Assembly (NCBI RefSeq): GCF_006345805.1
Contig: NC_043000.1
Span: 140,120,001-140,184,000, forward strand
Origin: Octopus sinensis
Lineage: Eukaryota
Reading direction: 5' to 3'
DNA: 64,000 bases
A program made the translations under genes and the position numbers. This document shows, piece by piece, positions 1 through 11,930 of the stretch. How positions within the stretch are numbered: position 1 is the first letter of the stretch; every line of letters begins with the position of its first letter. The notes beneath the pieces were generated by a model. That model was not told where the DNA came from, did not search any database, and was given only the letters and a program-made list of their open reading frames with translations.

Positions 1-1267
1 TTTATTTACTGCCAGATAGTTCTACATTTGCACGGTGGATTTGAAAAATTATAACATATAGATACGTGGCATGTTACTTATCGCTTCGCATCCATATGTT
101 CGATCCCTGGCATCCTACTGACGAAGCAGCACCAGATATAAATTGGAATTATTTTATTTTAATTTATATAAGATTGCAGAAACTATGCATAGTCTAGGAA
201 AAATAGGGTAAATGTTTTTATTTTTCATTCCCTTTCAGAATTGCAACTATTAGTGGCTTGGAGTTTTAACTGCTCTTTCTAGTGAGTCAAATATCCTATT
301 TTTCGGTTATCTCTTATGTGTTTGAGTGTGCATTGTATTCTTCTATGAATAATTAGTTTAATTAGTCTATTGACTAAATTTTTCCTTCTCACTAGACCAA
401 TGGTAGCAAAGAATTTTTCTATAAATATTTTTGCTACCCTAAGATTTTTTAACGTTATATATATATATATATATATATCAGATTAGCTGGCTTATGGTGA
501 ATCCATTTTAGCAACTGAAACCCAAACCCTTGGGTCAAAGGCTGACTACAGCCATGCTATAAGATGCCCAATCATCTGTATTATTTCTACATTTTTCAGT
601 GTGGGTTTGTTGTGGAAAAATCTAGAATTTAAAATGTGTAGCTCTCATTTACATGAAAGATATGTTGGCTACATTGAACATATCATGAAATTTGATATTA
701 ATTTTGTTCTAGTTGGAGCTGTTGTTACTGTCATTTGTTGTTTTTGTTGTTGTTCATCTAAAGCCAATATAATAATTAGTTTGCTTATCTGTACATATTT
801 AATATTTCATATATGGGATTATTTCTTGAATGTTTTTTTTGTTCTGATGTGCTACATATAATAATTCAACAATTAAATTATACCTATTACTGAAGCAACA
901 GTGATATAGATTGAAATCAGAAAGATAGACAGAAGGGTGAAAAACATCTCTAAAGAAATAAAGAGTAGAGGAAAAGATGAAGGTAAAAGAGAATGAGATT
1001 GAGTGAATATTTTGTCTGTAAATTTTGTTCTATGCTCAATTCAATTTTCTCATCATACTTGAACTACTCTTTCTCTCTCTCTCTCTCTCTTTCTGTCATC
1101 ATCATTTTCTTCCTCTGACTTTACTCTTTCCCTCCTTCTTTAATAGAATTTTCAAAGGCCACAGATTATCATGGAGTTAATTCACAGAGAAAAATATATT
1201 GGAAAAGAAACCTCTTAAAACTTCAAGAATTATTAATCCAACTTATATTCTGCAAAGCCATAGAAAA

Positions 1268-1400
1268 ATAGTTGTGCAGTTAAGAAGTTTGCTTCTCAAC
1301 CACATGACTCGAAATTTAATCTCAGTGCACAGCATCATGGGAAAAGTGTTCTTTACTATGATAGCTTGACCAATACCCTTAGAGTAGGATATGAAAGAAG
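1268..1400 (+). mobile_element. Decayed 5' part of tRNA/CORE-type SINE (family A)
   Basis: Degenerate match to the family A head seen elsewhere in the window (GTTAAGAAGTTTGCTTCTCAACCACATG...GGGAAAAGTGTTCTTTACTATG). Confidence 0.55.
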
Positions 1401-2117
1401 GTGGCTAAGCAAAATATGTTTTATATGTGGTATATACATATGTATTTATGTGTATATCTTTATGTCTGTCTGTGTTTGACACACAGACACAAACACACAA
1501 ACAAGCAAACAGACAGACACGCACAGAAATACACAAACATACAAACAACAAAAAAACTATCTGTATTGTTATATAGTGAAAGCTTTTTGTCTTTTTTTTT
1601 GGAAGTCGTATTATATTGCATTGTCTCTACATTGAAAGACACACAGACACTCAGAGAAACACACACGTATGCAAATAACCAAAACAATAACTATCTATAA
1701 TGATATATAATGAAAGTAATTTTTGTAAGGTATGATGCGTTGTGTCGACAGACTTGCACTTAAAATTCTCGTGTTTTTAATCAAAACTTGTTAGTTACTA
1801 CGGTGACAACACTACGTACCTATTTATCCATCTATTACACACACACCCACACACACATAAATACACACACACTCACTCACTGTATTTCTCCCTCAACAAC
1901 ATCTTTTCTCCTCCCTTTATTCTAAATAAACGTTGTGACGTACTTTTATTCGTCTTCTTTTCCCCCTCCTTTAATAGATGTTGTAGCGGACAGACAGAGG
2001 AAGATCCGCTTTTAAAATATATTGTGAAAAGTATATGTACTCATGTATGGAGTTCAATTTCTTCTTCTAAACACACACACAAACAAACAAACAAAATACA
2101 CGCACATATATATATGA

Positions 2118-2213
2118 CTACCATCTTTCAGTTTCCGTCTACCAAATCCATGAGATCGAACCCGAAACCATGTAGTTTGGAAGCAAAGTTCTTACCACTG
2201 AACCACGCCTGCT
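2118..2213 (-). mobile_element. Internally deleted SINE family A head
   Basis: CTTTCAGTTTCCGTCTACCAAATCC joined directly to GATCGAACCCGAAACCATG...CTTACCACTGAACCACGCCTGC, the reverse complement of the family A head. Confidence 0.7.
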
Positions 2214-2919
2214 CGTATGATTATTATAATTATCATATCTAACTTCCAATTTTACAATTTGTAATTTTCTCACACTCCTCCCTCTCCTACCAATGCACCG
2301 TTATCCCTCCACCACTCTACTGATTTGTATCTGTTTTTCCTTAGAATCTTCTTATCTCCAAGTAGACGCTTACAACTATGCCTTCCTGCACACTCTGACA
2401 AAACTCCCTTTAACTGTCCAGCAAATACAATTGACTTTATTTCACGTCCCCCTGATTTTCAACAACTGACGTCTTCGTTACACTAAATACTCTCTAGTCA
2501 TTTCACCTCTCTCAGTATTCCCTTTCTTCTCTAATACTTTTCTTACTACACCACTCTATTCTCTATAAATCTTTATCTTTGTAAACACTTCTATTAAATA
2601 TGCATTTGCCATCGTTTTCTGAGAAGGGTAACCCTGCTTTCTCTAATGAATCCATATTCATTTTTGAAGATATAAATTGTATAAATTAGTTTAAGTATGT
2701 TGTGAATTTGAGTATATTTGTGTCTTACGTCTTTTCGTAGTAATTTTAGAATTTTGAAGTTTCTAGTAAATGATATCTCACAGTTTTTGTGATTTTATTC
2801 TCTTTTTGTTAAAGCTAAAATATATTTTGAAGTTTTCATTGATAAAAGGCATATTTCTAAATGTTTGTTCTATTTATTTAAGCCACGTCTTCACGAGTAA
2901 ATTTATAAACGCTAAGTAA

Positions 2920-3570
2920 TACGTTTTTCGTTTTGAAATTTTTTGGTTCATAATATATCTTCAGTAAGTTAAGTGTACAATGATTATTGATTGAAAAATA
3001 TGAATTTCTAATTTTTTTTATTCGTTAATGATAATTTAGATACGTACATTTATTTAATTATTCTTATTATCATAATTATTATATGTGAACTAAAATCGAA
3101 AAGTATTAGGTTGGTTACTTTGTGAATTAGATTGTAATGTAAAATGTTTTAGTATAGTTAGTGTAAAGTTTTTTATACTTAGTACTATTGAATTTAATAA
3201 AAATGATAAGTACTTTTTTCGCAAAAAATATTATAAACGATAAATAATACGCTTTTAGGTTTGGAATTTTAAAAAAAATTATTTTTTATTTCATAAATAT
3301 TTTAGGAATGATAAGTATAATATTTATTTAAAAAATAATGGAGTAATTTATTTATTTATATGTGTATTGATTGAAAAAATATGGATTTCTAATTGCTTTA
3401 TTTGTTAATTATAATTTAGATACGTACATTTATTTAATTTTATCATCTTATTATTTCATAAGTATTATATGTGAACTAAAATCTAAAAATATTAAGCGTG
3501 ATTGATTTGTAAAATAGTTTTTATCGTAAAATATTAGAGTATAGCCAGTGAAAAGATATACTATAGTTTA
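2920..3570. repeat. Old diverged direct repeat, period about 380 bp
   Basis: ATTGATTGAAAAA...GATACGTACATTTATTTAATT...TATATGTGAACTAAAATC occurs at 2986 and again at 3366. Confidence 0.75.
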
Positions 3571-3815
3571 TTAATGATATTCTCAAAGCTAAAATATTTC
3601 TTCACAGACAAAATACATTTTCCTACCTATTTACTCTATTTTTCACCTTAGATTTTTAGCACGAATAATGTATTATAAACACCTGGTCCTACATTTTAAG
3701 TTTCAAATTTAGTCAATGGAATTTCTTCTATAAGAAGAATCATGATTTTATTTCTTTAAGAAATATTGTTTAATTCTATTTGATTAGTTATTTAACTATT
3801 ATTGCTATTATTGTT

Positions 3816-3906
3816 GACCTGAGAAGTGACTATACTTTTAAATTGGATTAAATTAAAATTTAATTGTAATTCGAATTGAATTTATAGCCACGAAACGTAC
3901 GTAGTC
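3816..3906 (+). ncRNA. Degenerate type I hammerhead ribozyme (long loop II family 2)
   Basis: GAC-CUGAGAA-GUGACUAUA-(48 nt)-UAUAGCCAC-GAAA-CGUACG-UA-GUC. Stem III is the palindrome ACGUACGU, stem I is 3 bp, and the core is altered. Confidence 0.55.
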
Positions 3907-4042
3907 TTTTTACTTATATATTGTTTATTCATTATTTTGTACTTTTTATGATCTAGCTATGTTTTATAATATATTTTCTTTTTCTTTATGATTTAGTTTA
4001 TGTCTATCATTGTTTGAATTACACAATAGTGTTTTTTCTCTA

Positions 4043-4045
<3 letters not shown>

Positions 4046-4104
<59 letters not shown>

Positions 4105-4146
4105 TATATATATAGATATATATATATATTATATATATATATATAT
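4046..4146. repeat. (TA)n microsatellite flanking the HHR array
   Basis: Directly visible. Confidence 0.95.
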
Positions 4147-4420
4147 TTAATTAATAAGGGTGGAGAATTAGATACTAATTTAATAGTATATCTATTCAAC
4201 ACCAAGTGGCCTAGTGCTTCGAGAAACCTGGATTATTATAATATTTTATAATATATTATAGTATTTTTACAAAATAAATATAAGAGAGTGGTCACTATAT
4301 GGCTCACTCTAGCACCAGTTAATCCAAAAGGTTTCAACCACAAAAATACATGTTTCCCATGAAAGTCAGTACGATTGTTAGCTCACACGGACAAGGCAAA
4401 TAAAAAATAACAAAAATACA

Positions 4421-4511
4421 GATTATTTTGGGACAATTGTTTCGCTATTAATGAATTAAATGTAATTTTACTTACAAAAAAATCCACTTGTAGCTCGTCA
4501 GCCAAAACTAT
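4421..4511 (-). ncRNA. Type I hammerhead ribozyme, unit 1 (canonical core)
   Basis: Minus strand reads GAUAGUUUUGG-CUGACGA-GCUA-(43 nt)-UAGC-GAAA-CAAUUG-UC^CCAAAAUAAUC. Stems I, II and III all pair, and the cleavage triplet is GUC. Confidence 0.9.
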
Positions 4512-4955
4512 CTGGATGAAATCCACTCAATCACACGCCAGATTTTACCATAACGATAAATACGCGTGTGGTTCAATTGATTACATCCGACGTTATAATT
4601 CAAATGCCCCAACCAACAGCGCGCCAAACTTTCACGGAAAACAAAGACTGCATTTAGAAATAAATGTAGCATAATTATAATTAATTAATAAGGGTGAGAG
4701 AATTAGATACTAATTTAATAGTATATCTATTCAACACCAAGTGGCCTAGTGCTTCGAGAAACCTGGATTATTATAATATTTTATAATATATTATAGTATT
4801 TTTACAAAATAAATATAAGAGAGTGGTCACTATATGGCTCACTCTAGCACCAGTTAATCCAAAAGGTTTCAACCACAAAAATACATGTTTCCCATGAAAG
4901 TCAGTACGATTGTTAGCTCACACGGACAAGGCAAATAAAAAATAACAAAAATACA

Positions 4956-5048
4956 GATTATTTTGGGACAATGTTTTTCGCTATTAATGAATTAAATGTA
5001 ATTTTACTTACAAAAAAATCCACTTGTAGCTCGTCAGCCAAAACTATC
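4956..5048 (-). ncRNA. Type I hammerhead ribozyme, unit 2 (stem III altered)
   Basis: Same as unit 1, but GAAA-AACAUUG-UC disrupts the stem III palindrome (real variant or sequencing error). Confidence 0.75.
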
Positions 5049-5489
5049 TGGATGAAATCCACTCAATCACACGCCAGATTTTACCATAACGATAAATACG
5101 CGTGTGGTTCAATGATTACATCCGACGTTATAATTCAAATGCCCCACCCACAGCGCGCCAAACTTTCACGGAAAAACAAAGACTGCATTTAGAAATGAAT
5201 GTAGCATAATTATAATTAATTAATAAGGGTGAGAGAATTAGATACTAATTTAATAGTATATCTATTCAACACCAAGTGGCCTAGTGCTCCGAGAAACCTG
5301 GATTATTATAATATTTTATAATATTTATAGTATTTTTACAAAATAAATATAAGAGAGTGGTCACTATATGGCTCACTCTAGCACCAGTTAATCCAAAAGG
5401 TTTCAACCACAAAAATACATGTTTCCCATGAAAGTCAGTACGATTGTTAGCTCACACGGACAGGGCAAATAAAAAATAACCAAAATACA

Positions 5490-5581
5490 GATTATTTTGG
5501 GACAATTGTTTCGCTATTAATGAATTAAATGTAATTTTACTTACAAAAAAATCCACTTGTAGCTCGTCAGCCAAAACTATC
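5490..5581 (-). ncRNA. Type I hammerhead ribozyme, unit 3 (canonical core)
   Basis: Same motif as unit 1. Confidence 0.9.
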
Positions 5582-5656
5582 TGGATGAAATCCACTCAAT
5601 CACACCGCCATTTTACCATAACGATAAATACGCGTGTGGTTCAATTATATATATTA

Positions 5657-5688
<32 letters not shown>

Positions 5689-5826
5689 CGTTGAGGTGTA
5701 TTCCGTTAAAAAAGTATTAGTGTACAAAATAGAGCTCTTTCCCCCTTAGAATTACCAGATACCCGGCAGTATTATGGTATACTACCAATTCTATATATAT
5801 AATATATATATATATATATACATACA

Positions 5827-5862
<36 letters not shown>

Positions 5863-8114
5863 TATATATACACATATATATATACGTTGATATATATATT
5901 ACGCATGGTATTATATATAGAAACAAAATTTAATACGGGAAGATGGAGTGAACAGGCTTTATTATCTTCTCTCTTTAAAATTTGTTAATAGTTTACTGAT
6001 ATTTGTTACGGATATTTTCACATGAATATCCAATAACAGCGAAGACTTATTACATGATAACATTTGGTATCCGATATCCGGAGATGAGCTTTGGAAAGCA
6101 TACTATAAGTTTATTACCCAGATTATATTAAGATATATTGTGTGTGTATACAGGCACACACACCTATACAAAAATACATGTATGCATGCGTATATATATA
6201 TATGTACACACATACGTACGAATGTATGTATATATGTGTGTACATGCATATAAACATGTATGTATGTATGCACGCGTATATATATATATATGTATATATA
6301 CACATACATACATATGAATGTATATATGTAAATATATGTGCATCGGTATATATATGCTTATACACACACTCTCACACATATATACATACACATAAATAGG
6401 AATATTTACATGCATACAAAGGGCACTTGACACATGTACACAATAGTATTCTGTGTGAACAGTTCATCACATAAAAATTTTTGAAAAAAACATTACATTT
6501 AGAAGCTAGTTCTCTCATACAAAAGTAATTTTCAATGTCAGTACTACTTCGCAGTGATAGTTTGAGTTAATTTAAAATTGAATAATGCTCTCTTAGACAT
6601 GGTACAATACCTACCAGTCTCAGCTTACTGAACTGAATAAATGGGTACTATTCTCAATTCACATGAGATTTTCACAATGTTTCGAATACCATACAATTTT
6701 CTAATATATAGAAGCATTAGGAAAAAATATTGATGTGTGTATGCACTTATATGTTGTGCATGTTATTATGCATATATGGAAATGCCTGAGTATGAATATA
6801 TAAATGTGTGTATATGTGTGTATGAAAGAGAGAGAGAGAGAGAGAGAGAGATAGGGGGAGGAAGGGAGAGAGAGAAGGTGTGTGTTAGAGCATTTAACGT
6901 TTTAAGCCAAAGTAATGCAACTTTTAAGAAATAATGCACGTCAATGGTTTGTACTTTTACCATGTACTTGAGTATTTTGGGGTGAGGGGTCCTTCAGGAA
7001 ATCTTTGCAGTATGTGAATATGACCTTTTGTACATAGTATTTGAATATGACCTTTTATACATAGTGCTCAGGTACAACAGAACTCATCAGTAAATGGTAA
7101 ATGAGGAGACAGAACACAGTAACAAGTCAAAAAGTTTTAAAAAATGAAGGCAGCAATGAAGCCCAAAGTGCATGCATAATACACTGAATGAAACACATGG
7201 AAACAGAAAAATGATCATTAACAGAGTCATGAGCAGGAAACGGGGCATAGGCACGTCAGCTGTAGTACTGTCGAATTTCTGAAAACAGGAAAATTTTGAT
7301 GGATTCAATGCTCTGACAGCTAACAGCTGGCACAGGTAGTTTCTTCCATGCTTTACCAAATCTGAGTGTGAACATTGTTTCTAATTTCATGGATGCTGTG
7401 CAATTTTTTTTAAATTTTATAAGCGTAATCATGGGTGTAAGATACATAAGATTAAAAACAGTGGTCAAACTTTTTGTTCCACAGATTATAGATAATCTCA
7501 GCTTCACAACTATACAGTCAAGTATGAATATTTTGTCGAGAATTTTATTGTCCAACAACGCGGATTACAATTTCAGTCCCACTGAGTGACACGTAGTGTC
7601 TTCATAGGCCATAGGAAGAAACTGTGAAGAATCGGACGTTTTATGTGACACTGTGAGGATAAAAAGGGGGAAAAAAAACTGATAGGCATGAAAAAGAGAA
7701 GAAAAGCACGATACTTAATAAAGACGTATCTTCACATGGCAGATGGCAAGGAGAATGATAGAGAGGAAGTAAAATGGGACGAATAGAAGTGGATGCACAA
7801 TCCTGATCACAGTGGGGTTAAATGGAGAAAGGTTATGGAGGGGGAGAGGGAGAGAGGACATAACGAAAACGGTGAGAATAAAGAGAGGAAAGAGCAAGTA
7901 TGAGAGGGAAAATGAAAGGTGTAGTAAGAAACCCACAGCACCAGTGTTTGTTTATTTGTTTGCTTGCTTGTTAGTGTGTGTGTGTGTGTGTGTGCGCATG
8001 CGCATATGTAGGACATGTGTATGGTAAAATATGGATAACTGCGCAATATGATTGTGTGTTGTTATGGTGTGAAGGATTTTGTGAGCAGGATGGTTGTATG
8101 ATGTAGGTAGTGAA

Positions 8115-8385
8115 TACACGTGGCTTAGTGGTTAGGGTATTTGCCTCACAATCGTAAGGTCCTGAGTTCGATTCCGGTGGTTTGTTGTATTCTTGACCAA
8201 GACACTTTTCATGTTACTCAAGTTCACTCCGCAAGCAAAAATTAGTAGCACCAGTATTTCAAAAGGCCGGTCTTGTCACATTCTGTGTCACGCTGAAGCT
8301 CCCTGAGAGTATGCATGTCTGTGGAGTGCTCGGGCACTTGCATGTTAATTTCACGCATCATCGTAACCAACGGAGTGCCAGTCAT
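8115..8385 (+). mobile_element. tRNA-derived CORE-like SINE, family E
   Basis: A box TGGCTTAGTGGTTAG, B box GAGTTCGATTCC and CORE-like TTCTTGACCAAGACACTT. A decayed second copy lies at ~30022-30260. Confidence 0.7.
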
Positions 8386-8589
8386 GCTGTAGATTATGCT
8401 TGTATGAATGAATGCACATGAAGTGTGTGTATGTGTGTCAGTGTAGCTTGTGGAACGTTTAATCCATGTGGATATGGGATGGTGTATGGGGTACGTGTTA
8501 TATGTGTATAGGTCGAGAATTATACAATACAAATGCATATTCACAAATCAATGCAAACAAAGAAAGCTAGCTCATCAGATCACCAGAAC

Positions 8590-10053
8590 ATAGTAGTTAA
8601 ACCAATGATTCGACTTTAAGTATATATACAAAATGTTCTCCTATATATATATACAATACATGGAAGACCAACACTGTGTAAAATTAGCTTGGTATAATCA
8701 GTAAAACCAAAAGTTTTTAATCATAAGGCATAAGATAAACGTCAAGTTTCTGCAGTTTGATTTTGATAATTATTACATTTCCAGTTTCCTTATACTTCTA
8801 AACAAGGTTCTCGTCCTTGCTGTGAAGAATTCTAATCTAACCAAAATGATATAGATAACATTTTAACAACCAGGAGAACTATCATGAAATTTAATGATAA
8901 GTTTTCGACAAGAAAGGGTAGGCAAAATAATTTCGATATGATTATGGGATCTAATATCTCTGCGCAAGTGACTGATCTCGTGGGCTTATACTTATTATGT
9001 TGTATTAAAGATGACGTACAGAATCTTGAAGACGTTGCTTTTCTAACTATACATAATTCTAGTAATGCTGACTATGTTAGAACTAAGAAAAAAGCTTATT
9101 AGACACTTTAATAATGTAGGTTTATCTATTACATTTGATTGCAACTGTAAAATAGTTAACTTCCTAGAGGTTACTCTAGATCCTAGTACATGTATCTTTA
9201 AACATTTCCATAAACCAAATCAACATTTAACTTACATTAATCGCTTTTCGAATCATCTAAGGGCCACAATACGTTCCACAATAAACAGTGGATCCTCTCG
9301 TATATCATTGCTTTCTGTTAACCAGAACATCATTGACAATAACGCTAGCTACTATTAAGAAGCTCTAGTAATGGCTGGTCATATAGAAGAAATTGCATGT
9401 CGCCTAAAATTTTACGATTTATCAACTTCTACTAATCACGCGAAATCATCTGCTGGATGTGTTAATGTAATTAATATTAATTCTAGTAGAATTAATAACA
9501 TAGTTAGAAACGTTTTAAGTATAGACACTAAAAACATGCAAAACCGTACTTCAACTGTCGGAAGGACGATGAATAGTGCTAAATTTCGAAAACTAAATAC
9601 CAATTAGTACCCTAATAAATATAATGACAACAATTACAATCATATTTTGTCTGGCACAAATAAATTCAATAAAATTAATATAAGTTTTGTGTGTCTGTGT
9701 TTGTCCCCCTAGCATTGCTTGACAACCGATGCTGGTGTGTTTACGTCCCCGTCGCTTAGCGGTTCGGCATAAGAAACAAAGAATATGTTCCGGGGTCGAT
9801 TTGCTCGACTAAAGGCGGTGCTCCAGCATGGCCACAGTCAAATGACTGAAAGAAGTAAAGAGAGTATAAGTTGCCCCGTGGAATGCTTAATATAACTAAT
9901 AAGAATCAAACTTACAAAAATGACAAACGAAGTAAAAATAGAAAAAAACTGATTTGTCACAAAAAAAACACTTAGCATTGAGTACGGTATTTATGTCATT
10001 AATGATGATAATAATATTCATAAAAAGATCAATGATAGTAGTTATAGCAATAG

Positions 10054-10091
<38 letters not shown>

Positions 10092-11040
10092 GGTGGTGGT
10101 AGTGGTGGGGGAGTTCTTTCATAATAATAATAATAATATTAACAACAACATTAATAGTCTTGTGGTTAAATCAGGTAATATGATTGTAATTAATTGCCCT
10201 TATGACTAAACTACTTTAGACCCTACTATATCTAATGTGAATAAACCAAAATATGAAAATAAAAATAGTTCACATAGGAATATTTTCTTATGCAACTCTC
10301 CACCACTTCAGTTTGAATGTTGCTTTTAATGTGACGCAAAAACTTTTTGAAGCTTTAGATAGATTCTTCCCTAAATCTAGCCTATATCATAAAATCTTTA
10401 TATATATATAAACTACCGTACTCTACTATGTCTGACATTGATGAATATATAGGAACATTTAACCATGGTATATTAAACTGTGCAACTTGTATTGCTACAA
10501 CAACTGATCATGCATTTTATATAACTTCTAGCAACCGACACAGCCGCTATACGGCAACTACTGAAAATAATCAACATACTGTTGTAATTGATTCAAATAA
10601 TAGTACTGTTAATGATAATCAAGCTGAGCTCATCATACCTACGAATAAACTTGCTCTATGTATCACAGAGCTAAGCTTTCCCTGTGTATCTGTCGTAATA
10701 AATCACTGTGTCCCATTAATAACAAGTGCCTCACGAAAATTACAGTGAATAGATCCTCTGTCACTACTCTTGGTAAAAAACATGTTTATATCGGTGCATC
10801 TTGTTCATCGTTAAAAATTCGCTGAAGCAGTCATAAATTTACATTTAGGCATAAAGATAAACCTAAAAGTACATTTCTAGCTAAATGTGTACATTCAGTC
10901 ACAGATAATTATATTGAATTTAAAATTGCTTGGTCTATGTAAACATGGTGGTGGTTCGTGTGGGTTCAGTGTATCTGAGGCATTCCATACTAACAAAATT
11001 AAATCAGCATGATGAATTAATTGCTAGCACCTTAGATACA
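8590..11040 (+). pseudogene. Decayed Penelope-like retroelement (Neptune/Poseidon type): RT plus GIY-YIG endonuclease
   Basis: Manual translation gives KFLQFDFDNYY; FDMIMGSNISAQVTDLVGLYLL (cf. PLE FDVTMGSxDGAEVCELVGLYLL); GLSITFDCNCKIVNFLEVTLD..FHKPNQHLTYINRFSNH; LDRFFPKSSLYHKIF; CICRNKSLCPINNKCL..VYIGASCSSLKIR*SSHKFTF..AWS; LNQHDELI. There are stops and frameshifts, and the catalytic DD is lost. Confidence 0.9.
9687..9866 (+). mobile_element. SINE family A 3' half nested in the PLE relic
   Basis: GTGTTTGTCCCCCTAGCATTGCTTGACAACCGATGCTGG...CAGCATGGCCACAGTCAAATGACTG. Confidence 0.9.
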
Positions 11041-11514
11041 AATCATTCCATTATACTAACTATACCTGACCTGGCACTTAATTACTACTCCTACACTAAT
11101 AAACTTTATTACCAAGATCGATGTAGCTAAATATTTCCTTTCTTTGGATAACCATAAGTTTGTCTCAGTTTAGTAACAGATAATGTATTAAACCATATTC
11201 AGACATTCTGCTGCTTGTAAAATTACTTATTACTCCAGTCTATTGTACCCATATTTAATGCCTGAACTATCTTTTTTTTTTCATAATATTGAAGCTGTTA
11301 CCTTCTAATGACTGCATGATTCTGTAATTCTACAGCTTGAAACCACTTTATACTCCTATTTTTATATATCTTAGACATTATTTCCTTCTTATCATTAATG
11401 ATTCATAATATTTACTTCTATAATCCAAACGGCAGATTCAATCTCATAGAGTTGTTCACTTTTAAGCATTATGAACCGGTTATGTACTTACACTCAAGTG
11501 CTTCTATATGATCT

Positions 11515-11529
11515 CGTATATGTATATAT

Positions 11530-11603
<74 letters not shown>

Positions 11604-11834
11604 TATATACATATATATATATACATATATATATACATACATACATATATATATATATATATTTGTTATATTTAGATATGTATATGTACGTACTTGTGTG
11701 TATGTTTATGTCTATCTATATGTATGTATATATGTGTGTATATATTCTACAATGCAAATATATGCATGCATACACAGACAGGCATACACTTACGTACAAA
11801 TACGTTGTACCGTTCTCTCGTTCTCTCTCTATTC

Positions 11835-11928
<94 letters not shown>

Positions 11929-11930
11929 CT
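11515..11930. repeat. Compound (TA)n/(TACA)n microsatellite field
   Basis: Directly visible; source of the YI-repeat ORFs. Confidence 0.95.

Larger units (their letters stand above)
4147..5645 (-). mobile_element. Tandem array of ~535-bp units (2.8 copies), each with a hammerhead ribozyme; retrozyme / Penelope pLTR-like element
   Basis: Unit starts (TTAATTAATAAGGGTG) lie at ~4147, ~4681 and ~5215. Units are near-identical, with (TA)n on both sides and one HHR per unit. Confidence 0.85.

Noticed and set aside
112-150. CUGACGA motif near the window start; similar isolated cores on the minus strand at ~7085, ~8573, ~25629 and on the plus strand at 63543
   Set aside because: No stem II followed by GAAA and no stem I closure; a 7-mer is expected by chance.
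4147-5645. CRISPR-like or plain satellite interpretation of the arrays (also 60347-63532)
   Set aside because: Units are hundreds of bp long with no unique spacers, in a eukaryotic context. The 535-bp unit is better explained by its HHR.
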